Shown one piece after another: positions 9,920 through 19,617 of a stretch of DNA of 64,000 bases (position 1 is its first letter; each line of letters begins with the position of its first letter). The notes below the pieces were generated by a model, which saw nothing but the letters and a program-made list of their open reading frames with translations, searched no databases and was not told the origin of the DNA. The DNA is taken from positions 69,029 through 133,028 of the forward strand of contig CAWHCW010000004.1 of NCBI GenBank assembly GCA_963827965.1, read 5' to 3'. The DNA comes from an uncultured Chloroflexia bacterium. GTDB lineage: Bacteria; Chloroflexota; Limnocylindria; Limnocylindrales; CSP1-4. The position numbers and the translations under genes were made by a program.

Positions 9920-11181
9920 GCGCCACGACGGTGCCCGCCGGGACGGCTGCGGCACGGCCGACGGGGCGCCGGGCGCTGGTCGCCTGGGTCGGCCTCCTCC
10001 TGGCCGTCATGGTCCTGGGAGCGATCGCCTTCGTCCACCAGTACAACACCGGCCTCGTCGTCACCGGGATGCGCAACACGGTGATGTGGGGCCAGTACAT
10101 CCTCTTCTTCATGTTCTTCGTCGGCCTCTCCGCCGGCGGCCTGATCGTCGCCTCCGCCGGGCGGCTCTTCGGCATCAAGGCCTTCAAGCCGATCACCCGC
10201 CTGGCGGTGCTGGAGGCCACGGTGGCGGTCATGCTCGCGGCCACCTTCATCCTCCCGGACCTGGGCCGCCCGGAGCGGATGCTCAACATCCTCCTCTACC
10301 CGAACCTGACGTCGCCCATGATCTGGGACATCACGATCGTCATCGTCTACATGGCGATGTCCGCGTTCTACGTCTGGCTCTACGCGCGAGCGGACCTCGC
10401 CCGGCGGGGCTCGAGGCTGGCCCTGGGCACGGGGACGTCGGAGCGGACGATGGCCCGCGAGGAGCGGGTCAAGGGGGCGATGGCCTGGGTCGCCCTCCCG
10501 GCGGCGATCCTGCTGCACTCGATCACGGCCTGGATCTTCGGGCTCCAGATCAGCCGCGGCTTCTGGTACAGCTCGATCATGGCTCCCATGTTCATCGCCT
10601 CGGCCCTGGTCTCGGGGGTGGGCCTCGTGATCGTCCTCGCCCTCGTCCTGCGGCGCCTCGGCCGCCTCCAGTTCAGCGACGACCTCGTGGCCCTCCTGGG
10701 CGGCCTCCTCGGGACGTTCATCGCGGTGGAGGGCTTCCTGGTCTTCGCGGAGTACCTCACGGCCAGCTACCCGGGCGCCGCCGAGGGGGACGCCTTCGCC
10801 CGGATGCTCGGGGGGTCGTACGCGCCCCTCTTCTGGTTCGAGATCGGAGTCGGGCTCCTGGTGCCGTTCGCGATCCTCGCCATCCGGCCCCTGCGCCGGA
10901 ACCCGGCCTGGGTGGCGACGGCCGCCGGCATCGGGATCGCGGGGATCTTCGTCCACCGCCTCAACCTCGTCCTGAACGGGCTCTCCTACGCGAACATCCA
11001 GCTGCCGCCCGGCCTGCCGATCGGGACGGACCAGGGCGGCGCGACCTCCTTCGCGATGAGCAACTGGTACGTGCCGACGCTGGTGGAGTGGCTCATCGTG
11101 GGCGGGGTGCTGGCCTTCGGAGCCCTGGTGTTCACGGTCGCGGTGATCGTCCTGCCGATGCAGGAGCCCGACGCGCACTGA
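9916..11181 (+). CDS. NrfD/PsrC-type polytopic membrane quinol-interacting subunit
   Basis: GTG at 9916 overlaps the upstream stop (GTGA). Intact 421-aa hydrophobic protein with repeated long hydrophobic spans, for example MWGQYILFFMFFVGLSAGGLIVA and IWDITIVIVYMAMSAFYVW. Position and topology are typical of the third subunit of Psr/Phs/Nrf-type complexes. Confidence 0.85.
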   Translation: MSATTVPAGTAAARPTGRRALVAWVGLLLAVMVLGAIAFVHQYNTGLVVTGMRNTVMWGQYILFFMFFVGLSAGGLIVASAGRLFGIKAFKPITRLAVLEATVAVMLAATFILPDLGRPERMLNILLYPNLTSPMIWDITIVIVYMAMSAFYVWLYARADLARRGSRLALGTGTSERTMAREERVKGAMAWVALPAAILLHSITAWIFGLQISRGFWYSSIMAPMFIASALVSGVGLVIVLALVLRRLGRLQFSDDLVALLGGLLGTFIAVEGFLVFAEYLTASYPGAAEGDAFARMLGGSYAPLFWFEIGVGLLVPFAILAIRPLRRNPAWVATAAGIGIAGIFVHRLNLVLNGLSYANIQLPPGLPIGTDQGGATSFAMSNWYVPTLVEWLIVGGVLAFGALVFTVAVIVLPMQEPDAH

Positions 11182-11199
11182 CCGGCCCCGCGGGGGCGA

Positions 11200-12282
11200 C
11201 TACCCGGCGGCGACCTGGTGGGCGCGATCGTGGTGACGCGTCGCGGCGTGGGGATCCTCCCCGCCGTGGCCGCACGGGTTGACGTGGATGACCGCGGTGT
11301 CGAGGCGGCGGACCTCGTGGAGGAGTCGGTGGCGCACCTCCTCCGAGACCCGGTGGCCCTCGCTGACGGTCATGTCGCAGTCGACGGTGATCGCCATCGA
11401 GGCCTCGAGAGCGTGGCCCAGCCAGCGCAGGCGCAGGCGATCGACCGACTGGACCTCGGGCACCGCCGCCGCGATCGTCTCGACCTGCTCGACGAGCTCG
11501 GGCTCGACCGCGTCCATCAAGCGTCCGAGCATCTGGCCCGTCGCCTGCTTGAGCACGACGAGGATGACCGCGGTGATCAGGAGCCCCACGAGCGGATCGG
11601 CAAGCGGGTAGCCGGCCGCCACGCCGAGCGCGCCGCCGACCACGGCCAGCGAGGTCAGCCCGTCGGTCCGGGCGTGGTAGCCGTCGGCGACGAGGGCGGC
11701 CGACCCGATGGAGCGGCCGACCCGGATGCGATAGAGGGCGACGGCCTCGTTGCCGGCGAAGCCGATGAGGCCGGCGACGAGCACGATCGGGATGTTCCTG
11801 CATCGGCTGCGGGTCGATGAGACGGCTGATCGACTCGTAGGCGGCGAGGACGGCCGAGCCCGCGATCATCAGCAGGACGAAGAGCCCCGCGAGGTCCTCT
11901 GCGCGCCGATAGCCGAAGGTGTAGCGGCGGGTCGCGGCGCGGCCGCCGATGGCGAAGGCGATCCACAGCGGGATCGCCGTGAGGGCGTCGGAGAAGTTGT
12001 GGATCGTGTCCGCCAGGAGGGCGACCGAGCCCGAGACCAGGACCACCGCCAGCTGGGCGACCGCGGTGATCCCGAGCACCAGGAGCGAGAGCTTCAGGGC
12101 CCGGATCCCGCGCTCGTCGCTGGTCAGGGCATCGTCGATCGAGTCGCCCGGGTCGTGGCTGTGCCCGACGAAGGCCCCGACGAGGCGTCGCAGCCGACCC
12201 TCCGCGGGGCGTGGTCGTGCGGGTGGTCGTGGCCATGCGGCTCGTCGTGGTCGTGGTCGTGGGGCTGGTGGGGTTCGGTCAT
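11200..12282 (-). CDS. Cation diffusion facilitator (CDF) family metal efflux transporter with His-rich N-terminus (frameshifted as given)
   Basis: ATG at 12282. N-terminus MTEPHQPHDHDHDEPHGHDHPHDH. TM blocks LVSGSVALLADTIHNFSDALT and FGYRRAEDLAGL. C-terminal domain SVDRLRLRWLGHALEASMAITVDCD. Frame hops near 12200 and 11790. Stop at 11200. Confidence 0.85.
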
Positions 12283-12366
12283 CTGGTCTCGTTCTCGGCA
12301 ACTGGATCGCGCCTGGCCGTGCAGGTGAGCACTGCGCGAGTCTACGGTCGGGTCGCCTCGCGCTAC

Positions 12367-12985
12367 CTTGTGCCCCGCGATGGTGAGGAGATCGACGCCC
12401 AGCTCGTCCACGCGGGTGGGGATCTTGCCGACCGACTGCGCGGCGTCCGTATGGACGAGCGACGCCCGGCGGCGGGCGATCTCCGCGATCGCCGCGATCG
12501 GCTGGATCGTCCCGACCTCATTGTTCGCCTGCATGACGCTCGACGAGGATCGTCGGGGCGTGATCGCCCGGCGGACATCCTCGGGATCGACGCATCCCGG
12601 TCCGATCGACGGGACGACGGTGACCCTGGCGCCGAGGCGCTCGAGGAAGCGGGCGGGCTCCAGGATCGCGGGGTGCTCGACCGCGGTCGTGACGATGTGT
12701 TCGCCGCGCTCCCGGAGGGCGAAGAAGACACCCGTGAGGGCGAGGTTGTCGGCTTCGCTCCCGCCGCTCGTGAAGACGATCTCGTCGGAACCGCAGCCGA
12801 GGAGGTCGCCGACCTGGGCGCGGGCCCGCTCGAGCAGGGCTCGCGCGGAGCGGCCGCCGGTATGCGTCGCTGATGGGTTCGCATACGGACCGTCCAGGAG
12901 CGGCCGCATCGACCGCGGCGACCCGCGGGTCGATGGGCGTGCTCGCGTTGTAGTCGAGGTAGATGGGACGGGCCGACTCGCTCAT
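12367..12985 (-). pseudogene. Cysteine desulfurase (IscS/NifS class V aminotransferase) with only the N-terminal ~205 aa present; truncated just after the PLP lysine
   Basis: ATG at 12985 overlaps the upstream stop (ATGA). Blocks YLDYNASTPIDPRV, ANPSATHTGG, IVFTSGGSEADNLAL, VEHPAILEP, VMQANNEVGTIQPI, LVHTDAAQSVGK, LTIAGHK (Lys codon 12369-12367). No frame downstream shows the usual C-terminal half. The CDF gene start lies 85 bp further on. Confidence 0.75.
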
Positions 12986-13677
12986 GCCGGGCGCGAGCCG
13001 CGGCGACGGGCAGCCCGGCGAGCCGCCACTCGGGGAAGCCGTCCTCGAGCCGGCGGGCGCGTCGCCCGGCGCGCCGGAGGAGCGCGACGCCCTGCGGCGC
13101 GAGCGCGCAGTACGGTCCCGGCAGTAGGCGACGATCTCGACGCCGGCCGGGAGCTCGGCGAGGTGCGCCTCGAGCTCGGCGAGCGGGATCGAGATGGCGC
13201 CGGCGATGTGACCGGCCTCGTACTCCTCGGCCGGCCGGAGGTCGAGCGACGACCGCGTCGCCCGAGCGGAGCCGCTCGAGCAGCTCGGCCCGGCTCACGG
13301 CCTCGACCGGCTCGCCCATGTACGCGCGAGCCGCGCGCTCGGCGTCGGCAAGCCGCGCCGGTCGCCACGGAGCGGACCGCCGCGAGCAGCTCGTAGACGT
13401 CGTCCCCGGCCAGCCGGTAGAGGACGCGGGTCCCATCCCGGCGCGAGGCGACGAGACCCGCACGCCGGAGCGCCTGGAGGTGCGCCGAGCGCCAGGCCGA
13501 CCGAGATGGCCGCCCGCGACGCGAGGACCTCAACGCTCCGTTCGCCCTGGGCAGGAGGTCGAGGATCTCGACCCGGTGCGGGTTGGCGAGGGCGCGGCCG
13601 ATCCGGGCGAACTGCTCGTGCAGCTCGTCCTTCGCTGCGCGATCAGGGGCGACTCCGTCCGTTCGTTCCGCTCGCAT
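12982..13677 (-). CDS. ArsR/SmtB-family transcriptional regulator fused to a rhodanese domain (frameshifted as given)
   Basis: ATG at 13677. wHTH blocks LANPHRVEILDLL and LQALRRAGLVASRRDGTRVLYRL. Rhodanese blocks LDLRPAEEYEAGHIAGAISIP, IVAYCR (candidate active-site Cys), GFPEWRLAGLPV. At least 3 frame hops. The stop at 12982 is in ATGA overlap with the next gene. Confidence 0.8.
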   Translation of the reverse strand: MRAERTDGVAPDRAAKDELHEQFARIGRALANPHRVEILDLLPRANGALRSSRRGRPSRSAWRSAHLQALRRAGLVASRRDGTRVLYRLAGDDVYELLAAVRSVATGAACRRRARGSRVHGRAGRGREPGRAARAAPLGRRGRRSTSGRPRSTRPVTSPAPSRSRSPSSRRTSPSSRPASRSSPTAGTVLRARAAGRRAPPARRATRPPARGRLPRVAARRAARRRGSRPA

Positions 13678-13716
13678 CGTCGCGCCTCCGGGCTTCGGCA
13701 GCCTCCGTCGCTGCTA

Positions 13717-13734
13717 TTCTAAGAGTCCTTGGAA
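13717..13734. promoter_or_regulatory. Imperfect inverted repeat TTCTAAG-N4-CTTGGAA in the divergent promoter region; candidate ArsR-type operator
   Basis: ttctaagagtccttggaa has 7-nt arms with one mismatch. It lies in the 123-bp gap between the ArsR-rhodanese start (13677) and the DsrE-like start (13801), in a locally AT-richer stretch. Confidence 0.35.
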
Positions 13735-13800
13735 TGCTTGCATAGCGCCAGGTCGCGGCGAGATCCGTCGCGGCCAGGAGACGGACGAGGACGCACCGCC

Positions 13801-14151
13801 ATGAAGATGCTCATCATCCTCAACGATCCCGCCTACGGCAACGAGCGGACCTACAACGGGCTGCGCCTGGCCCTCTCGCTCGCCAAGTCCGAGGGCGTCG
13901 AGCTACGGGTCTTCCTGATGGGCGACTCGGTCACAGCGGCCAAGCCGGCCCAGAAGACCCCTGAGGGCTACTACAACCTGGAGCGCATGCTCAAGGGCCT
14001 GGCGCCCAAGGGGATCGCGGTCGGGGCCTGCGGGACCTGCATCGACGCCCGGGGCATGACCGACGAGCCCCTTGTCGAGGGGGTCCGCCGATCTACGCTG
14101 GCCGAGCTGACGACGTGGACGATCTGGGCCGACAAGGTGATCACGTTCTGA
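13801..14151 (+). CDS. DsrE/DsrF-like sulfur-relay family protein
   Basis: Intact: MKMLIILNDPAYGNERTYNGLRLALSLAK..GACGTCIDARGM..ADKVITF. Size (116 aa) and layout are typical of the DsrE family. Confidence 0.8.
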   Translation: MKMLIILNDPAYGNERTYNGLRLALSLAKSEGVELRVFLMGDSVTAAKPAQKTPEGYYNLERMLKGLAPKGIAVGACGTCIDARGMTDEPLVEGVRRSTLAELTTWTIWADKVITF

Positions 14152-15375
14152 TGGCGCCCCGGACGGTCCTCGTCCTGGGCGGCGGGGTCGGCGGGCTCGT
14201 CACCGCCAACGAGCTCCGCCGACGGCTCGACCCGGCCGACCGGGTCGTCGTCGTCGAGCGCGCGCGACAGTTCCTCTTCCAGCCATCGCTGCTCTGGCTG
14301 ATGGTCGGCCGCCGCAGGCGCGACCAGATCGAGCGCCCGCTCCGCGAGCTCCTGGCTCCGGGCGTCGATCTCGTCGAGGCCGACGTGCGATCTCGATCGA
14401 CCCGGCTGCCCGCCGCGTCGAGACGACGGCCGGCGTCCTCGCGGGCGACGCCCTCGTCGTCGCTCTCGGGGCCGAGCCCGACCGCGACGCCGTCCCCGGC
14501 TACCGCGAGGCCGCGCTCGACTTCTTCTCGCCCGAGGGAGCCGCTGCCTGCGCGCAGGCGCTCGACGCGTTCGAGGGCGGCCGGGTCGTCGTGACGGTCG
14601 CGGCCCTCCCCTACAAGTGCCCGGCTGCCCCCTACGAGGCAGCCCTGCTGCTGGACGACGAGCTGCGTCGTCGGGGCCTGCGCGAGCGGAGCGAGATCGA
14701 CGTCTACAGCCCCGAGCCTGCGCCGATGCCGGTCGCGGGCCCGGCGATGGGGGCCGCCGTCGTCGGGCTCCTCGAAGCCAAGGGGATCCGATTCCATCCA
14801 GGAAGCCGCGTCGCAGCGGTTCGAGCCCGGCAGCCACGAGGTCGTCCTGGGCGACGGCAGCCGCGTCGGCTACGACCTCCTCGCCGGCGTCCCACCGCAT
14901 CGCGCGCCAGCGGTGGTGCGCGACTCCTCGCTTGCCGGCGACACCGGCTGGGTCCCGGTCGACCGCGGCACCCTCGAGACGCGTCACGAGCGCGTCTACG
15001 CGATCGGCGACGTGACGACGATCACGCTGGCGAACGGCAAGCCGCTGCCGCGCGCCGGCGTCTTCGCCCACGGCGAGGGGCTCGTCGTCGCCCGGCAGGA
15101 TCGCGGCGACGCTGGCCGGCCGCCAGGCCGCGGACGCGTTCGACGGCGTCGGCTACTGCTGGGTCGAGGCCGGTGCGGGACGCGCCGCGTTCGCCGTCGG
15201 CGAGTTCTTCGCCGAGCCGGACCCGACGCTCGCGCTTCGAGCGCCTGGGCGGTCGTGGCACGCCGGCAAGGTGCTCTTCGAGCGCTCGTGGATCGGCGGC
15301 CGGCTGGAACGACGGCTGGCGCGCGCGGGCCTCGCCGTGGGCGGCCGCCTCCTCGGGGTGAAGGCGTCGATCTGA
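14151..15375 (+). CDS. FAD-dependent sulfide:quinone oxidoreductase-like flavoprotein (frameshifted as given)
   Basis: ATG at 14151 overlaps the upstream stop (TGATG). FAD fold TVLVLGGGVGGLVTA. Blocks FQPSLLWLMVG, PYKCPAAPYEAALLLD, VYAIGDV, SWHAGKVLFERSW. About four frame hops. The reconstructed frame stops at 15373-15375. Confidence 0.75.
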
Positions 15376-15656
15376 AGGGACGTCCGGGCGAGCCGGCGCG
15401 TGCGGTGGTCAGCGTGGGCGGCACCCCCGTTCCCCGCGCGCGCACGCAATGATCCCTGGCTCGTCCGCCCATTGGCCGCGAGCGGCGGGAACGTTGCGCC
15501 GGGCGCAGGATCACGCGGGCTGGACCGTTCCGGGGCCTTGCGCAGGAAACATGGCGCGCCACGCAACCTCAGCCGGGCGCCAACCACGGGCGCCCGGTTG
15601 CCGGCGCCGCCGCCGGCCCGGTTGCGCCGTTCGGCGATCTGACCGACTCTGCGCAC

Positions 15657-16352
15657 ATGGCATCGATCCGTCCGCCGCGCGTCCTCGTCGTCGACGACGA
15701 GGCCCCCATCCTCGACCTGGTCCGCGGCTACCTGGAGCGCGACGGGTTCGAGGTGGAGACGGCGGCCGACGGACCGGCGGGCCTGGCCGCGGTGCGGGCG
15801 ACGAGCCCCGACGTCGTGATCCTGGACGTCATGCTGCCCGGTCTCGACGGCATCGAGGTCTGCCGCCAGCTGCGCACGTTCTCCAGCGCGTACGTCCTGA
15901 TGCTCACCGCGCGGGGCGAGGAGATCGACCGGATCATGGGCCTCACGGTCGGCGCGGACGACTACCTGGTGAAGCCGTTCTCGCCCCGGGAGCTCGTGGC
16001 CAGGGTCAAGGCGTTGCTGCGGCGGCCGCGCACGGACGCGGCGACCTCAGCGGGCGGCCCGCCCGGCCTGGAGATCGACGAGGCGCGGCGGAGCGTCCGC
16101 GTCGATGGCCAGGTCGTGGACCTGACGACCCTCGAGTTCGACCTCCTCGCGGTGCTCGCCCGCGATCCGGGCATCGTGATCCGCCGCCAGGCCCTCCTCG
16201 ACCGCGTCTGGGGCGCCGAGTTCGTGGCCGACGACCACCTGGTCGACGTCCATGTCGCGAACCTGCGCCGCAAGCTCGGCGACGACCCGGCGCGGCCGCG
16301 CTTCGTGGAGACGGTCCGCGGCGTCGGCTACCGCCTGCGCGAGGGCGGCTGA
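15657..16352 (+). CDS. OmpR/PhoB-family response regulator
   Basis: Intact 231 aa. Receiver blocks VLVVDDEAPILDL, DVVILDVMLPGLDG, DDYLVKPFSPRELVARV. Winged-helix blocks LEFDLLAVLARDPG, VDVHVANLRRKL, VRGVGYRL. Confidence 0.93.
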   Translation: MASIRPPRVLVVDDEAPILDLVRGYLERDGFEVETAADGPAGLAAVRATSPDVVILDVMLPGLDGIEVCRQLRTFSSAYVLMLTARGEEIDRIMGLTVGADDYLVKPFSPRELVARVKALLRRPRTDAATSAGGPPGLEIDEARRSVRVDGQVVDLTTLEFDLLAVLARDPGIVIRRQALLDRVWGAEFVADDHLVDVHVANLRRKLGDDPARPRFVETVRGVGYRLREGG

Positions 16353-17445
16353 TGCCGATCCCCCGTTCGCTGCGGGCCCGCCTCCTGCTGGCCTTCCTCG
16401 TCGTGATCGGGGCCACCCTCGGCACGGTCGCCGTGGCCGCGCTCCTCGTCGGACCGGGCTACTTCGTGGAGGCCATGGGCCACCTCCCGGGCGACCCGAT
16501 GGGCGAGGCGATGGGCTCCGCGACGCAGGCGGCCTTCGAGGAGGCGATGCAGCGCGCGCTCATCGGGGCGACCGTGATCGCCATCGTCAGCGCCACCGTG
16601 GTGAGCCTCGCCGTCGCGGCCCGGATCGCGAGGCCCATCGGGGCTCTCGCCGCGGCCGCCCGCCGCGTCGCCGACGGTCACTACGCCGAGCGGGTGCCGG
16701 TGGCCGACCCGGACGAGCTGGGCGAGCTGGCGACGTCGTTCAACGAGATGGCAGGGTCCCTCGAGACCACCGAGCGCCGCCGCCTCCAGCTGGTCGGCGA
16801 CGTGGCCCACGAGCTGCGAACCCCGCTCACGACCCTCGACGGCTACCTCGAGGGGCTCGAAGACGGCGTCATCGCGCCGTCCGAGGAGACATGGCGGCTG
16901 TTGCGCGCGGAGACGGGGCGCCTCACGCGCCTGGTCAACGACCTCTCCGAGCTGTGGCGGGCGGAGGCGCGCCAGCTCCCGCTGCGGATCGAGACCGTGG
17001 ATGCCGCGGCCCTTGCCGGCGAGGTCGTGGACCGCTTCCGGCCCCTCGCCGCGCCGCGCGGCGTCGCACCTCGACCTGCGGGCCGCGCCGGCGATGGCCC
17101 GAGGCGACCGCGACCGCGTCGCCCAGGTGCTCGCGAACTACCTGTCGAACGCCCTGCGCCACGCGCCCGACGGGTCGGTGGTCACGGTCGCCGACGCCGG
17201 CCTCCGACGGGCGCGCCACGATCAGCGTCGCAGACCAGGGTCCCGGCCTCGCCCACGACCAGCTCGAGGCGGTCTTCGAGCGCTTCTACCGCGTCGATGC
17301 CGCCCGCAGCCGCGCCTCCGGCGGGTCCGGCATCGGGCTGGCGATCGTGCGCGCGCTCGCCGGCGCCATGGGTGGGCGCGCCTGGGCGGAGAGCCGCGGC
17401 CCCGGGACGGGCGCCACCTTCCTGCTGGAGCTCCCGGCGGCCTGA
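16352..17445 (+). CDS. Membrane sensor histidine kinase (HAMP-HisKA-HATPase_c), partner of the preceding regulator (frameshifted as given)
   Basis: ATG at 16352 overlaps the upstream stop. TM segments, HAMP block PIGALAAAARRVADGHY..ELGELATSFNEMA, H-box VGDVAHELRTPLTTL, ATPase boxes QVLANYLSNALRHAP, DQGPGL, GGSGIGLAIVRAL. Frame hops near 17060 and 17200. Confidence 0.88.
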
Positions 17446-17583
17446 CCTGACCCGGCGTCCTTGACCGAATCCTGACCGATCCTTGCCGCGCCCTGCATGG
17501 GCGCTGGACGTCGGCCCGCCAGCCTGATGTCGCCGGACGGGTCTCCGTTCGGCGGAAGACCGGCGAGGAGACGCTCGAACGTG

Positions 17584-17814
17584 ATGACCGGCTGGACGAT
17601 GGGACTGGACGGGTGGCTCTGGATGGGCGCCTGGATCCTGGCCCTCGCCGTCATGGTCTGGCTCCTCGTCCGCACGCCCGCCCGGCGCCCCGAGCGCGAC
17701 GAGGCCCTCGAGGTCCTTCGGGCCCGGCTCGCCCGCGGCGAGATCACCCCCGACGAGTTCGAGCGGGCGCGGAGCCTGCTCGACACCGAGATCCCCAGGA
17801 GGAACACCCCGTGA
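17584..17814 (+). CDS. Small membrane protein with C-terminal SHOCT domain
   Basis: MTGWTMGLDGWLWMGAWILALAVMVWLLV, then ALEVLRARLARGEITPDEFERARSLL (SHOCT-type motif). The upstream in-frame start at 17497 is less plausible. Confidence 0.6.
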   Translation: MTGWTMGLDGWLWMGAWILALAVMVWLLVRTPARRPERDEALEVLRARLARGEITPDEFERARSLLDTEIPRRNTP

Positions 17815-18279
17815 CCACGCGTCCCGCCCGCCGGGCTGCCGTCGCGCAGCGACCCTCGACGCTCCGAGACGAGCCGGCATCCGCCCGTTCCTCTTCGCTG
17901 CCGTCGTCGTCGGCGTCCTCACCGTGGGCGCCTACCTCGCCTTCGGCGACTTCCTCAACCGCGGGGGCGGGGCGACCGCCGGCGCGATCGACGTCCAGAG
18001 CTCCATGGCCGGCTTCACGCCGTCCGAGATCAAGGTCAAGGCCGGGACGACGGTCACGCTGGACTGGTGGACCCAGGACGCGCCGTCCACCTCCAGGGCG
18101 GCGTCCACACGATGGTCTCCCCCGAGCTCGGCCTGCGCGAGGAGCTGCCGGCCGAGAGCCGCAGGGCCGTGACCTGGCAGGTCCCGAACAAGCCGGGCAC
18201 CTACGACGTCTGGTGCGAGTCGTGCTGCGGCGGCAAGGAGGCCCCGCAGATGCACGGCAAGATCGTGATCGAGGCCTGA
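17811..18279 (+). CDS. Membrane-anchored cupredoxin-fold protein (frameshifted as given)
   Basis: GTG at 17811 overlaps the SHOCT gene stop (GTGA). Hydrophobic anchor, then IDVQSSMAGFTPSEIKVKAGTTVTLDWW and TWQVPNKPGTYDVWCESCCGGKEAPQMHGKIVIEA. Two frame hops (track ORFs 17924-18172 and 18067-18279). Confidence 0.65.
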
Positions 18280-18281
18280 TC

Positions 18282-19175
18282 GTGGCGACCTCCATCGCCG
18301 CCGGGCCCGAGCCCGCCCCGGCGACTCCCCCCGGCGCCGCGCCCGTTCCAGCCACGCGACTCTTCCTCGGGCTGCCGCGGCCGGCCGCGATCCTCGGGGC
18401 GATGCTGCTGACGGTCGGCGTCCTGGCCACCGGCTACGTGATGGCCGTCCCGTTCGACACCGCAGCCTTCGGCGGGCTGACCGTGCCCACCGTCCTGCTG
18501 TCCGGCGTGGCCGATGGCTTCAACCCGTGCGCCTTCGCCCTTCTCGTCCTCTTCGCGACGTACACGCTCACGCTGGTGAACTCCGTGACCTCGGATGGAT
18601 CACCCACCCTCGAGGCCCGGCGCCGCCTGCTCGGCGCGGGCTCGCTCTACGTCGGGGCGGTCTGGGTGACCTACTTCGTGATCGGCCTCGGCCTGCTCAG
18701 CTTCCTCGGCTTCCTCGGCCGTGACCACCTCGTGACGCGGGTGGCGGTGATCGTCGCCCTGATCATGGCCCTCTGGATGCTCAAGGACGTGCTCCTCCCG
18801 GGCGTGGGGCCCTCGATGATGGCCCCGTCGGGCACGCACGGCCGCATGCAGCGGGCGATGGAGCGCGGCGGCCTGGCCGGGATGCTCGTCGCGGGCGTCC
18901 TGGTCGGCATCTGCACCGTGCCCTGCTCGGGCGCCATCTACCTCGACATCGTGGCCGTCCTCCACGCCTCGGGCGGCGGGCTCACCGGCATCGCCCTCCT
19001 GGCGCTCTACAACATCGCCTTCATCGTGCCCCTCCTCACGCTCCTGCTCGCGGTCAGCGACCGGCGGGTCCTGGGCAGGCTGGGGCGCTGGAACCGCTCG
19101 AACTCGCCGTGGATCAAGACGGGCCTCGCCCTCGCCGTCATCGCCATGAGCTTCGGCCTGATGGTGTCGCTGTGA
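18282..19175 (+). CDS. CcdA/DsbD-like thiol:disulfide transfer membrane protein
   Basis: GTG at 18282. Intact 297-aa polytopic protein with Cys motifs FNPCAF and CTVPCSG in hydrophobic segments. Confidence 0.7.
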   Translation: MATSIAAGPEPAPATPPGAAPVPATRLFLGLPRPAAILGAMLLTVGVLATGYVMAVPFDTAAFGGLTVPTVLLSGVADGFNPCAFALLVLFATYTLTLVNSVTSDGSPTLEARRRLLGAGSLYVGAVWVTYFVIGLGLLSFLGFLGRDHLVTRVAVIVALIMALWMLKDVLLPGVGPSMMAPSGTHGRMQRAMERGGLAGMLVAGVLVGICTVPCSGAIYLDIVAVLHASGGGLTGIALLALYNIAFIVPLLTLLLAVSDRRVLGRLGRWNRSNSPWIKTGLALAVIAMSFGLMVSL

Positions 19176-19460
19176 GCGACGCGGGCATCGAGACCATCCG
19201 CTTCCCCGTCGCGGGGATGACCTGCGGGTCGTGCGTCGGGCACATCGAACATGCCGTGCGGACGCATCGAGGGCGTCCGCCGAGTCCGCGTCGATCTCCG
19301 GCGCGAGACGGCCACCGTCAGTCGCGAGCCCGCGTTGGTGTCGAACGCGGCGCTCGCGGCGGCGGTCGAGGCGGCCGGCTACCGGGCCGACCTCGAGGCC
19401 GCCGTCGCCGTCCCGGCCGACGAGGCCCGCAACTGGCTGGCCCGGCTCCTGGGGCGCTGA
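19172..19460 (+). CDS. copZ: Heavy-metal-associated (HMA) copper chaperone, CopZ-like (one frameshift as given)
   Basis: GTG at 19172 overlaps the upstream stop. IRFPVAGMTCGSCVGHIEHAV, then (track ORF 19251-19460) [26 protein letters not shown]. Frame hop near 19250. Confidence 0.8.
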
Positions 19461-19477
19461 CGTCGCATCCATCCGCA

Positions 19478-19511
19478 GCAGGGGCGGGGCCTCCCCCCGC
19501 CCCGCCCCTGC
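19478..19511 (+). terminator. GC-rich hairpin after copZ (13-bp perfect stem, 8-nt loop)
   Basis: gcaggggcggggc (19478-19490) pairs with gccccgcccctgc (19499-19511). It starts 18 nt after the copZ stop. There is no U-tract, so it could be an intrinsic terminator or an RNA-stability element. Confidence 0.5.
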
Positions 19512-19617
19512 CTGCACCCCATCTCGACCCCGGCAGGAGGCTCCCCGCCGCGGCCCGGCGAGCCTCGACGAAATCTTGACCTGATCTTGCCGGACGGGCT
19601 CGACCGCCTGTTGCAGA

